This document shows, piece by piece, positions 24,244-36,279 of a stretch of DNA of 64,000 nt. This DNA comes from Epithemia pelagica (Eukaryota > Protista > Bacillariophyta): positions 2,480,001-2,544,000 of the forward strand of contig OX337241.1 of the NCBI GenBank assembly GCA_946965045.2, in the 5' to 3' direction. Numbering within the stretch: position 1 is the stretch's first letter; each line of letters opens with the position of its first letter. The position numbers and the translations under genes are program-made. The notes beneath the pieces are model-generated. The model was not told the origin of the DNA, did no database searches, and was given only the letters and a program-made list of their open reading frames with translations.

Positions 24244-25451
24244 TTTCTGGTAGGTAAGCTACGTACAGACCAGATTCGACAATGGAATCATTCTAACTGC
24301 AACAGACCATATCTAGAGTAGTGTCTGCGAGTACCTACTAGCTAGAACAATGCAATCGAAGTAGATACGAAAGGCTACTGGCAATAGAGTAGCTTGCCGT
24401 AGATGATACGGACTGTCTCTCTTGTGGTTGTCACTACATTGTGTAGAACAGAAAAGGGAAAGGATGAAAGCAGAGCCCATACCATGTAGGTCGACTTGAG
24501 GATGCCCCAGGAAAGAGGCATGTCCGGCAGGATCCCTTGCCAGCACCACCCATGTCACCAGTGGATCAACAACCAACCATGGAGATGTATGGGGTAGGGG
24601 GTGAGTGTCTAATGATACAACAGTGTAGTCCAATTTAGAACTGTTCTACGGTTAGCCGGACTCTTTGCTTCCCTGTCGGTTTTAAACTAGCCATGTTGAT
24701 TGATGAGGATTCATCTACTGGCAACCAATGGAAATAAACAAGAACAAGGCAGACACTATAGCTATACATTATACTGGGAGTAGGCAGAGGAGGTTGATAC
24801 CTCTCATACGATAGCTACCAGAACAATCTTGTTTCTCGTCTGGTTCAAGGATCTCCCGGAACTCAAAGTATGTGGATTGCCACCACGGAATGGTAAAGTG
24901 GGTGGTAAAATGATGGATTTGGTCCCAGGGGTTTGGAGGCAAAGATAATTGATAATGCAAAACAAAACAAACACAAGAGTCATCCCACGATTCCACCATT
25001 GTGTCGGAAGGTGAACAGTAGCTATTGTAGAGCTCGAAAGTACGGAAACCAGAGGCTGTGATCAGCGGTAGACCTTTCATTGTTTCCACGACCTTTGCCG
25101 TGTTGGCTTTATAGCCGCCATCGGAATACTGGTCTTTGAGCCAAATCGAACCAAGCCTAAGCAATGGAGTAATTTGTTTCACACAAAAATTTGAAATTTC
25201 CTCTGTGACGACGGGTAGTTTTTCTCAACTAAGCCATAGTCTTCCTATTTCGGAGGTAAGATTCCAAATTCCGTGCCCTACATACGTCGCTGGTAGATTT
25301 CCCTACATACGTACATATACGTAGACTAGTACTGGATGGTCACTGTGGCCATCAATTCTTCTACAAGACACATCATCTCGATATCCACCCCCTAGCGGGG
25401 GTGGCTAAGAGGGTTTAATTTCATTTCGTGTAGCCACCCGTGTCCGGTCTA

Positions 25452-26040
25452 GTCGGCAGGCATATCTCATTTTCACAACCAAGATAACAACACGACAATC
25501 AAACTTTGTTGTTGCTGGTGACCTCCTATGATCACCCCATCATGATCCGACCATCGTGTGATTCATATTAGTACCATGGTAGTGCATTGTGAGCGGCACA
25601 GTGCATGAGGGTCACTCTAGGCAAGGAGGAAAATAGTGGCCCAGCTTTATGGCACGACACGAGACCATGATGGCCCCAAAAACACATGGGAATAGAGGTC
25701 CTGCTGTCGATACACTCCGTTACTACTGTTATGTATATTGTGTACCATTATGTGTCGAAACAATGAATGATAAGAGCCATACATCCCTCTGAGATGCTTC
25801 GTTCGAAATGGTGAGGCGGTGCTTCCGTATGACCGTGCCACGAGGCATGGTGCCTGTGAACCAGCTCCACAATAGACTCAACCTTCATATTTTGGCCATG
25901 CAGATGTATCCTACGCTATTGGTTAGAGGCCTATGACTCGCCCGACAGGTACCAAGTGTCAAAATAGGTGCACAACAACAGGTGCAACACCGAGGTCCGT
26001 GTTGTTATCGCGATGGATGGAATGAGATATGCCTGCCGAC
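25452..26040. mobile_element. MITE-like element (about 590 bp) inserted at the TA of a TCTAGA site
   Basis: Perfect 24-bp inverted repeat including flanks: tctagtcggcaggcatatctcatt (25448-25471) and aatgagatatgcctgccgactaga (26021-26044). Confidence 0.75.
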
Positions 26041-26210
26041 TAGAAACAGGTTATTTTTTCTACCAGAGAGATGGGGGTGTTTCAACGAAATTACAACCTC
26101 AAAAACACGGGTGTCTCGATATCCATTCCAACACAGTATACTTCCTGAGAGATAAGATTCAGATTATCGCTGAGACGTATATTGGTTTAAAATCAGGTCG
26201 CGGTAGACAA

Positions 26211-26398
26211 TTCGATAACAAAACTCAAAAGATGGAGGGCTTGGGCTGGGGCGAGCCTGATCGAACTGATATTGGTAGAGAAGACACTCCGAAAAATCAT
26301 GATTAGAGTGATTAGTACTACTAACTACGTACTACGTCAAGAGGGTCAAGGGCCACAAGTCATACTCGTAAGTCACAAGGGTCAAGCTTTAAGCCGCC
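26211..26398 (+). repeat. Dispersed repeat of about 200 bp, copy 2
   Basis: Matches 14557-14762 with small differences in the tactac and cacaag tracts. Confidence 0.9.
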
Positions 26399-27133
26399 TA
26401 CTCGTATCCACCGATATCAAGACAAAAACCAACTGTCATCGAACTGTCATGATTATCCAAAAGGTTGAAGTAGACATGCTCTAAGGCTGTAGAAAAACTG
26501 AAGGTCGTAATCTAGTCTTCATTCTGGTCATCTATCATTCTGTTAATCGTAGCCCTGCAAGCCCCCTGTCATTGTACTCGTATCTCTCTGTCATTATTTT
26601 TTGTACTCCTATCTCCCCAATCCCCAATCTCCAATCGACATCTCAGATCTCAGAAGATGGCACAAAAAATGACAAAACCAGAGAAAAGAGAAAAGGGGGA
26701 GTCATCTCGAATGCGGCCGGATGATTATCCATGAGCTTGAAGTTTATGAGAGAAACACCATGAAACCTGTAGGCCCAACTAGCTAGCTGGAAAGGACTAG
26801 GTACTACCATTTCCCTACCAGTTTGGTAGCCCACAGCCCCCATTTCCCCCAAAGCCCATACTCGTACTCATAGCCCCCATCCCCCACAGCATCTCACAAT
26901 CTGACATGGGGGAATCTGTAAATTGGTAAGGTGTCTTTTCCAGTCGGGATGCTTTATTCGAGCGACTGAAAAGAGAATATAGTCGCACTGAGTCGCTTTT
27001 GAATCCGAGGTGGCATGACGTATCTTTCAACTTCTACATGCCGATCCAACGAGAAACTTTTTGACACTCTCGACATCTTGAGAGAAAAGGACGTATTGGT
27101 GGTACATAATATCCAATTCCACCCAATTCCACC

Positions 27134-28576
27134 ATGCCCAACGAAACAAACCGTATCAGTGGCGGCCAAGTGCGAGGTACTAGACGGCGGAACCAAGGTG
27201 TGCTATTCGCCTCGTGGATTGGATTGGTCGGATGGCAAATTGTCCACGCACGTGGATGGATGGTGCCACCAAACCACCGTCGCCACTACCATTCGTTGAG
27301 TTCCAATCGCCGGTCCACAGTACCACACAGCTCCAGGAATCCATCCTTGCCCTTGTCGGCTCAAGCCTCCTCCAATGCTCCGGCGGTCACGGAGGATCAA
27401 GAATTGTTTGATGACTTTGTCGACTTCTTGTTGACGCAACAAAGTGAAATTATCCAATCCTTGGAAGACTTGGAAGTGGAATATTCGGCAGCATCCAATT
27501 GCACTCCTGCCGTCTTTAGTCGGGATACCTGGGGCATTTTTGAGGAGGACGACGACGACAAGTCAGCGTCCAGTAGCACCGATGACAAGCCACCCGTCGG
27601 TGGTATTACTCGTGTCATTCAAGGGGGACAAGTGATTGAAAAGGGTGCCTGTAGTTTTACACTGATTGGACAAGGTATTTTGTCCAAGGAACGGGCGGCA
27701 ACCATTCGAGCCCGACAACAACAGCACCAACAACAACAGTCTTCGTCTGCATTTGAGATTCAAGAGGGGGATCGGTATGCAGCCGCTGCCTTGAGTATGG
27801 TCTTGCACAGTCGATCGCCTCATGTTCCCACCTTTCGCAGTGATATCCGAGTCTTTTTGGTACAACAACGACAACAACAACCACAAGAAGACGAGACCAC
27901 CACCGGCACCAATGGCGACGACCCACCGGCGAAGACGGAGGATTCGTCCGATCGTACCTCCTCCAGCATGGCATGGTTTGGTGGAGGCGCGGATTTGACG
28001 CCCTATTATTTAATTCCCGAGGACATTGCCTTTTTTCATCAACACTATGCCGACTTGTGCGACACGCATTGGGGGAAACGTGCCGCGACAAGCAGCAGCA
28101 CAACGGACGACGACGATGAGAACAACCACAACACCTCGTCCTTGTATTCCTATGCGTCCATGAAAAAAGCCTGCGACGAATACTTTTATTTACCAGCCCG
28201 TCAAGAACATCGTGGTACGGGGGGAATCTTTTTTGACGACATGGCCTTGGATTCGGCGAGTTTGGCCTTTTGTCAAGGTGTCGTGACGACCTGGATGCCC
28301 TCGTGGATTCCCTTGGTGCGAGACCGTCAGGAAACGCCAGTCACGGACCAGCACCGTCAGTGGCAATACTTGCGACGGGGACGGTATTTGGAATTCAATC
28401 TCTTGTACGATCGGGGCGTTCGATTTGGACTGGCCAATGCCAATCCACGCGTCGAAGGTGTCATGGTGTCGGCTCCCCCCGTTTTGGCCTTTGAATACAA
28501 TCATGTCCTGGAACCCGGCAGTCCCGAAGCAGAATTAATGGCCGTTCTCAAAACACCTCAGGAATGGATCGACTAG
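27134..28576 (+). CDS. hemF: Oxygen-dependent coproporphyrinogen III oxidase
   Basis: GGITRVIQGG.VIEKGA, SMVLHSRSPHVPTFRSD.R, WFGGGADLTPYY, CDEYFYLPARQEHRGTGGIFFDD, RRGRYLEFNLLYDRG.RFGL. The N-terminal extension resembles a bipartite (signal + transit) presequence. Confidence 0.95.
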   Translation: MPNETNRISGGQVRGTRRRNQGVLFASWIGLVGWQIVHARGWMVPPNHRRHYHSLSSNRRSTVPHSSRNPSLPLSAQASSNAPAVTEDQELFDDFVDFLLTQQSEIIQSLEDLEVEYSAASNCTPAVFSRDTWGIFEEDDDDKSASSSTDDKPPVGGITRVIQGGQVIEKGACSFTLIGQGILSKERAATIRARQQQHQQQQSSSAFEIQEGDRYAAAALSMVLHSRSPHVPTFRSDIRVFLVQQRQQQPQEDETTTGTNGDDPPAKTEDSSDRTSSSMAWFGGGADLTPYYLIPEDIAFFHQHYADLCDTHWGKRAATSSSTTDDDDENNHNTSSLYSYASMKKACDEYFYLPARQEHRGTGGIFFDDMALDSASLAFCQGVVTTWMPSWIPLVRDRQETPVTDQHRQWQYLRRGRYLEFNLLYDRGVRFGLANANPRVEGVMVSAPPVLAFEYNHVLEPGSPEAELMAVLKTPQEWID

Positions 28577-28975
28577 GTAGAGAGAGTGGAGATCCGCACA
28601 CACTCTCTCACAGACACATGGCAAAAAACGCGACGGTGTTGGAAAAGAGGATAATCTTTTGTAGATACTGCGTTGTGTTTTGTTTCGTTCTCAATGGCAT
28701 TACTCGGAAGAACATTGCACTTTTGTGGATCGAAATCCTTCTCTTCGCAACCAACTAGGTACCTAGGTAGATGATCTGAATGGGACAATCATTCCAGCAG
28801 CTTTGCAATTTGTAGGCCTTTTTTGTGTTCGGATCGAGTCCTCTCTCTTTCTGATAGAAGATAGAAGACCCTTTGTGGGGAGTTGGAGTTGGGGGTTGCT
28901 TGCTAGGAGTAGATACTCTCCTATGCGAGTAGCTTGGACTTGCTATGTGAGATGTGAGGGAGAGATGTGGGATTG

Positions 28976-30726
28976 TGGGATGTGGGAGTGGGACACGACA
29001 AACGACAACGACGGATGGTCGCACTGACTGTCACGTTCGTTGTCGGCGCGGTCATTTTGGCATCGCCGACGCATGTGCTTAATTCGGAGAGGAGTCACGA
29101 TAACGTCAGCCGTTGCCAGCATCTATGTCATGTCGGTCGTTTCAAATGTGTCCCCCAAGAATGCCAACACAAAAGTCCCCCGAAACGATCGCCGGTCTAT
29201 CATCTCTCCTAAGGCAATAGTCGGATTCGTCAATAGCCCTTGAAGCTCAACGGTCCACTGTTTAGAACGTTGTTCACAATTTCAATTTTGTTCTTACAAC
29301 GCTCCGACCCTCTACTATGAATGATGCATACCTCCCTCATCAATGCTTGCTTTCGATTGGGTCCTATCTTGATATCAGGAAAGCACGACCGAGTCTTGTG
29401 TTGGAGGGAATGACAAGAACCACCCAACACCGAAATAGGAGTAGCGAGCAGAATATCTACTAGTAGAAAGCAGAATCCCATTGCGCGCATCTCTCAAGAT
29501 GAAAGAAACCACCACCATGACGGCACCAAGGCCTTGGCAAGGAAGCCTTTTCGTATGGTCCTTGCTCCTTCTCCTTCCATGGAGTCATGCCGTAGATCCA
29601 CAATCACATGGTCTCCCCCTTGTGGACGCAGTGCCGGATGAGGCAACAACTACCAACGACAAGGACATTAACAACAACAGACCACACCCACACACGAATG
29701 CCGTACAAGCCACGGTGCGACGAATACTGAGTCGACAAAGACACTTACCGGGAGATAGTCAGAAAAAGACCAAGGAGATGAAAAACTATTACTATTACTA
29801 CATGAACAACGTCAAGGGCAAGGGCAAGAGCAAGGGTGATGACGATGACGTAGACGATCATTACTTCGACTATCATAGCAAGGATTATGATGATTACTAT
29901 CATCACAAACTGCAGGACGACGATGACGATTACTATCACCTGTACGATGATGATCATTACTACTATGATGATGATCATCATTACAAGTCCAGCTCTGGCA
30001 AGGGCAAAAAGAAAAAGATTAACTCCCCGTCTCTATTTTCGTCCAAGGGAGGAGCTCCCGTGTACACTTGGAAGCCCACCATGCCTCCACTGGACATGAA
30101 TTTCACAATGGATGATGACATGACTGGCAATTTCACACACGATCCACCCCTTCCTGTCAGCAAGGGCAAGGGATTTTCCTCTGTGAGTTTTCAATTCACG
30201 GGGAAAATGGGCAAAAAGCAAAAAAAGCCATCGTCATCATCGTCAGGAGACAGTTCCAAGAAACACTTTCGAGATTACCATTTTGATTTGACCAAAGGCA
30301 AGGGAAAGGGAAAAGGCATGGGCATGGGAAAAGGTATGAGCATGGGCAAAGGAAAAGGCATGGGCAAAGGCAAGGGAGTGATTGTGACAGCCAAACCCTC
30401 CGTCTCTCCAATTTTTAATACTCCGGCTCCCAATGAAGACGCTCCTTCTCAGTCACCCACCAATTCGTCGGCACCCAGTTTTACACCGGCACCGTCCACG
30501 GAGCAAACTCCCGAACCTTCGCCACCGCCACCGACCAGCCCACCTACGGCCAACCCATCCAGAACAACCGTTCCGACCAGCATACCCACGACCACCCAGC
30601 CTACGGCCTTCCCAACCTTTCCTTCCGGGACACTCACTCCGTCGCCCACGACCAGCCCACCTACGGGCAACCCATCCGGAACAATTGGTCCTTCCGCGAC
30701 ACTCACTCCGACTCCATCCAATACAG
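28976..30726 (+). repeat. Segmental duplication copy A (copy B at 43317-46419, which carries a 1.3-kb insertion)
   Basis: Runs from tgggatgtgggagtgggacacgac to ...ccatccaatacag and is collinear and highly similar to copy B, with scattered SNPs and small indels. Confidence 0.95.
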
Positions 30727-30734
30727 CTAGCTAA
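29499..30734 (+). CDS. 3'-truncated paralog of the 45186-49295 secreted protein (signal peptide, Y/D/H-rich and KG-rich tracts, PT-rich linker only)
   Basis: Open frame of about 411 aa, nearly identical to the N-terminal third of the full gene. It ends at a TAA (30732-30734) supplied by the transposon terminal repeat. Confidence 0.75.
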   Translation: MKETTTMTAPRPWQGSLFVWSLLLLLPWSHAVDPQSHGLPLVDAVPDEATTTNDKDINNNRPHPHTNAVQATVRRILSRQRHLPGDSQKKTKEMKNYYYYYMNNVKGKGKSKGDDDDVDDHYFDYHSKDYDDYYHHKLQDDDDDYYHLYDDDHYYYDDDHHYKSSSGKGKKKKINSPSLFSSKGGAPVYTWKPTMPPLDMNFTMDDDMTGNFTHDPPLPVSKGKGFSSVSFQFTGKMGKKQKKPSSSSSGDSSKKHFRDYHFDLTKGKGKGKGMGMGKGMSMGKGKGMGKGKGVIVTAKPSVSPIFNTPAPNEDAPSQSPTNSSAPSFTPAPSTEQTPEPSPPPPTSPPTANPSRTTVPTSIPTTTQPTAFPTFPSGTLTPSPTTSPPTGNPSGTIGPSATLTPTPSNTAS

Positions 30735-32148
30735 CGGTGTTAACCGTCAACGCCGGCATCTCCAGAGAGCAACTCATCTGGTTCAGAAAGCGACATTTTT
30801 ACTATGACCCAAAGAGTTTGAAGCCCCTTTGTTAATTATAAAACTTCATGCCAACAAAACCCTCCGATTGCGGGGGTACCTCCCGTCTGCTGTCCATACG
30901 GTTATTCTCAAATTTTCCTAAAAAATGTTAAAATTATTTCTGTTAAATTTCTTTCGATTTAGCACATTATTATAACGTCCAAGCCAACTGTAATAACTGG
31001 CTTCGCCCTATTGTGTAGCCGCTTGCGCTCATGCATGACAGTGAGCGTGAGCCGTGAGACTTGACGAGACATGGACAAAGAAATCTACCAGCCCATTTTG
31101 TCTACTCAATAGTCTATTGTTTCAGAAGCGAGTACTCTTTACGCACAAGTGGATCTAGCTTCACGGAATCATCACACACACACAACACACACACACCATA
31201 CCATGAAATACACACACATGGTGCAATGTGCAATGCACCTCTAGAGGAGTATCAAAACAAGCTCCTGGCACTTTGTCTATGGGAAAGATAAAAGCATAGT
31301 CCACTACTAGTTTAGGCTTCCTGCTTCCTGGGCTTACATACCCCATGATGACGCTGTCAACCAGTGCACTGGTTGATTGTTCATTCCACTGGTTGATTGT
31401 CATGTTTCATGTTGTCATCCTTCCTTTGATGCATTCCACCTTCACTTGTGATCTAGGTGGATGGTTTTGACCATAAAGTTGTCACTTTGGTCGTTCGTCC
31501 GGCTGGGTGGTTTTCTTTTGGTTTTTGGTGTGCTCAGTGCTCATGGTCGTCTTTTGTGGTGTTGCTCGAAAAGTGAGACGATTCTTGGCCCATGTGCCAG
31601 CAATACAAGGCGTGACCGGCGCGTCGATTTCGAACGATCGAAGAGAGGCTGGCGATATCACCCGGCTGGCGCTTTGGGAAAAAATACGAGACAATTTTTT
31701 TCCATTCGGATGACGGACGAACAAAGGTACCCCCCCAATCGCACCCAAATTTAGGCGACCTTCGACTTCAAGCCGTTTCAACGGATGCATTATGGTAGTG
31801 AGAGCGAGACCAACGGTCGGGAGACATCCAATACATATCCAAGAATGACTCCCCGCCTTTGGTCTCGCTGTCCGACCTCCAAGTTGGTCCACATTTCACT
31901 GCCAACAACAATTGCCTCAATTTTCCAAAAAAATCATTGCTAAAAATTATGAGACCAACAAAAGATCGACACGCGACAGAACACTATTATTACATAAAGT
32001 ACAATTTTTTACCTATCGCACTTTAGTCTCCCTCCAACTGACCCAAGTTTCTCCCTCGTGAGCAACCTTGTTGATTGCTCTCCCAATTGACATGATACAG
32101 CTCTGCTGACGTGGAATTGTTGTTTAGCACTGCTTTGAAGTAACCAAC

Positions 32149-35100
32149 ATGCCGACGACACGGAGCAGGACGATGGCTGGAGCCAAACATGGATCATCAT
32201 GTGACGACGACTGCTGCTTACCCAATACTTTCGTTCCCCTCTCCATCCTACAACAATGTGCAGCTCCCCCCTCCACAAATGAATCTCTGAATTCGAACAG
32301 CGAGGAGACTGACAAGATATCACCAAACCAATCGGCGAAATCGAAAGCGAAGAAGACTAAGGCAGTTCCTCCCAGGACGAGACAGAGTAAACGAGTTCTG
32401 GAACAATCCGAAAGAACATCCACTCTCTCCGAACCGTCTTCGGACGAAACTTCTGACGACGATCAAGGCAAGGATATCAAGAAGCCCCCACCACCAAGAA
32501 CAAGAGCCAATCACAAGAACAAGAGACCTGTCCCTCCCAGAACGAGACACAATAAACGACGGAAAGCAACACCTGCACCACCCCCTTCCATGCTTCCATC
32601 CCCAAACAAAAGAACTAGGAGTGTGAGACGAGAGGAAAAAACCACCATTGAAGACTCTGTCCTTGAGCAACAGCGCATCGAAGCACTGAAGATAGACTTT
32701 CACGATTCCAAATACAAGCCGTGTTCTGTTTTCGGTCTCGACCGCAAAATTGGCGAATTCTCGGATTACTTCTTCTGTAGCCAATGTGACGCTGCAGACG
32801 ACGACGAACGACTTGGTGAGCTCAAGGTCAACCGACGAAGGAAAAAGGGCCCTACACATGCATCGCCAAGCATACCAACATACTAAGACCCACTGACCGT
32901 CGATATCCATAGCATGCTCCCAAAAGGTACCTGAAAAAGAAGAAACGTACCAGACGAAGAAAGAAGAAACAAGCTGCCGAAACAACCGAAGATGGTGGTG
33001 CTTCTTGTCGATTCCTCCCTATATTGATCGCTGACCACCAATATCTTTCCGACATTGAAGAAGAAGACCCCGCTGACGTCGAGGATGAAGAAGAAGGCGA
33101 TTCCCCTGCACCTCCGACTCAACCAAACACTCCAGAAGAGGACAACCAAGATGATGTAGAGGAACAAACACCTGTTCCTTCTACGACACCCTTCGTAGAG
33201 ACCGTTGAAGACGATGACGATGACGACGAGGAAGCCAGTCATGATGTTAATTGTAATTCGAATAGTGATAACTCTGTAGAACGTCCCCCTCCCTCAAACA
33301 GTACTCCACCTGAGACCAATGATTCAGCTGATCAATACAAGAAAGAGATTGAAGACCTGAAGAAGCAACTTTGACAGTCCAAGAACAGAATCAAATCGTT
33401 GGAAAGAACTCTCAAGAACACTGAAGAGCAACTCCGGTATGCCAAGAAGAAAAACGAAAAGATTGTCTGCGAGAAATGTAAGACCGACCAACTACCAGCT
33501 TCTTGTTTCTTCCCCGAAGACTCCAAAGAACTCGTTAACTACATAAAACAGTTCATACGAGACAAGACAAAGACCATTTGGAGCACTGAAAGCCGCGCCA
33601 GTAGACTCTTTTTCACCCAACTCGCAGAAATGCTGCTTGACGAGAATATACACAACGGCCAACTGAAAGAATGTGCCTACTCCGTCTTTTGCAACGTACG
33701 AGACAATGTCTTCACCCCTCACAAGATTCTTAAGTTGATGGACAAAAGAGGGGGAGTTTTAAACTACAAAGGTATTGAATTACTTTGAATGGTAGAAACC
33801 GAGGGTGTGCCCAACCAAAGAACTCTTTTGCCGTCATCGAACTGCCTTCAAAAGTACGCTGCGATGGTCGAAGGTTTTGGTCGGGGAGTTTGCCCATTCA
33901 TCATGAAACGCAACGTGAAAGACGGAACTGAGGGGTTCTCATTCCGTGCAGCGGATGTAATTATATGTCTTTTGAAGTCTGGCAAAGTGTTGGACGGCGA
34001 GGCAATGACGAGGGCAATTCGTCTTGTACAAAGCCTTGACGGGGCACTTTTTACCAAGAACCTCTCGCATACTCTTATAGGCATTAAGTTCAACGATCCT
34101 ACAAACCCTTACGCCCAATCAAGAGATTCTGTATTTCCTGTTGGGTGTATCGCTCTGCCCGAGAGTACGTCTATGGTCCACGGAGTATTCTCTCGGGTTT
34201 TCGCGGAAATTCGTGAGGCAACGGAGAAGGTGATTCCGAACGCATTCGAGAACGTCGAACTGGTGCTCGTCACGAACTGTGACATGAGCTGCGATTGGAA
34301 ACTTATGGGACGTGGAGGTGCGGCGAAGCAGCACAAGTTTCCTTGTTCTAAATGCACAGTCCAAAGTGGCAAGTTGCACCAGAGAACTGGTAAACCGGCG
34401 AATTGCGACTTCTGTATCCAATTGGGAAGGGGTGAAGACCCAACATGGATCTGCCGACATACCAAAATGTGCACTGAGAAGTACGTCAAGGAATTGAAGA
34501 AGGAAGTAAAGGATTTTCGCGAGAGTACGATGCCGCAGATATCCAAGGACATCAAAGCCTTACGGAAAGAGTCCCAGTTGTCTATCAATCACCACCCAAG
34601 ATTGGATCCAACAGACGAACACAAAACAAACATCACCTGCATCCACTTTGATTTGTCGGTGGCTTCGTCAGAACAGAGAAGTGAATACTCCAAACGAATA
34701 ACAAATGACCTACGCATTCGACGACTACCGCTATTTGGATCGCTCGAGGTACGGCAACAACGCCTCAAGTCGCAGCAACTAGCAGAATGGGAATATATAA
34801 AGGCATATGAATGCCTTCAGGACATGAAGTCTTCGAAAAAGATGGATGCTTTGGTTATGATGTTGGATTCGATTCCTTGCTTGTTGCACTTGGAAAACCG
34901 AATGGGTATTAAGTTTCTCGGGATGTGTCTCAAATCAGGTTTGACAATTGCCAAGTCTGCAGAGAATGCCACCGATGTAACAATACAAGCCTTCTTGGAC
35001 AAAGTGGCTGGTGTGATGAACACGGAGGTCATCGGTTCTACGACTCAACCGACTCAGTGGAAGGTTCCGTTCGATAAAACGGACAAAAAGATCGGCGATA

Positions 35101-35926
35101 TTACAATGGACAACGTCCGAATTCGCAAAGTTCTCAAGAACTTCGATGCGCTCGTGGATTGTTGTCTAGTAGACCCACTGAAGAAGCAGCAGTTTAAGAA
35201 AGCTGTCAGTAGCTTCCGGTCCGGCATGAAGAAGGTCAATGTCAGACATGGTCTCTCTGATCCAGAAATCATCTCTTTCCAGCGTGACATGGACGACTTC
35301 TTTGCTGAATGGTGTACCCTCTACGGAGAAGATGGTATTACCAACTACGCACACATGCTTGGGAGTGGACATATAATGGAGTATCTTCTCCACTGGAGAA
35401 ATCTCTGGGTCCACTTCCAACAAGGATGGGAAGGTAAGTTCCCATGTTGTTGTTGCGAAGAATGAACCATGATCTTTGACTCACAGACGGCGGAATTGCT
35501 GTGCAGCCTTCAATAGTTTGTTCAAAACATACTATTTCTCCAGAACACAACGTGGTGGGGCAGGAAATGGTGGTAAGGGATCGAAGAGTAGGATGCATTC
35601 TTTAGCAAGATGGCTTCAACACCGGATGGGGCACTACCGAGGAGCAAATCAAGGCCAAGCATCTCAACTTTTCCGAACAAGAACTAGATAAATTCGATGG
35701 ATGGGTAAGAAAGAATGGTGGAACCATTGAGTGTGGTTTACCAATCAATGACGAGTCTCCATTGTGCTTGGAGGATCTCCAGGGACCTGTTGAGGAGAAC
35801 TGGGAATATGGGGTGACCGTGTTGGATACCACCAATGACAACGACGACGACGACGACGAAAGCCCTGGAGTTGATGATCTCTTAAGGGTATTACAAACAG
35901 AAGAGGAGTACTTAGATACAAACTAA
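32149..35926 (+). pseudogene. RAG1/Transib-like DDE transposase, disrupted
   Basis: VQSLDG (D 34038), TNCD (D 34281), FPCSKC, IPCLLHLENR, ITNYAHMLGSGH and QQGWE|AFNSLFK (E 35430, intron 35434-35506) occur in the order of RAG1 D600, D708, C727/C730, LH, H937/H942 and E962. Lesions: frameshift at about 32880, TAG at about 32909, TGA at 33372, TGA at 33786 and a frameshift at about 35625. The acidic tail ends at TAA 35924-35926. Confidence 0.75.
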
Positions 35927-36279
35927 TTGTGTTTTTATTGTCACGAGATATACTACTAAGGCTTATACGAATAGAACTTTGTTGTCGAATGGAACGATCA
36001 CCACTTGAAGAGTGGAACTGTGCTGTTGAATGGAACAATCAGTTGAAGCTACCAACTAGCATTTCTACTTTGTCGATGTCATCCCATTTCTCTGTTTTCT
36101 GATGTTCAGGTGCAAGATCATGATCATAGTCTATGCCGCCAATCACCCGAGCAAGCACAAAGTGACCAGTGGCACCATCTTGGATGGTTACAATCTCAAA
36201 AACGTTCTGTTCGTCCCAGTCTGAGAATTGTTGACCAATGGTAAGGCGGGGGACAGATTGGGTGTCTTTGGTACACGCT

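Noticed and set aside
24769-25182. 137-aa minus-strand ORF and the nearby 23925-24122 ORF as gene remnants
   Set aside because: Some protein-like composition, but nothing assignable without a database search.
25385-25404. GC hairpin as a Helitron 3' end
   Set aside because: No CTRR terminus at the expected distance on either strand, and no matching 5' TC end was identified.
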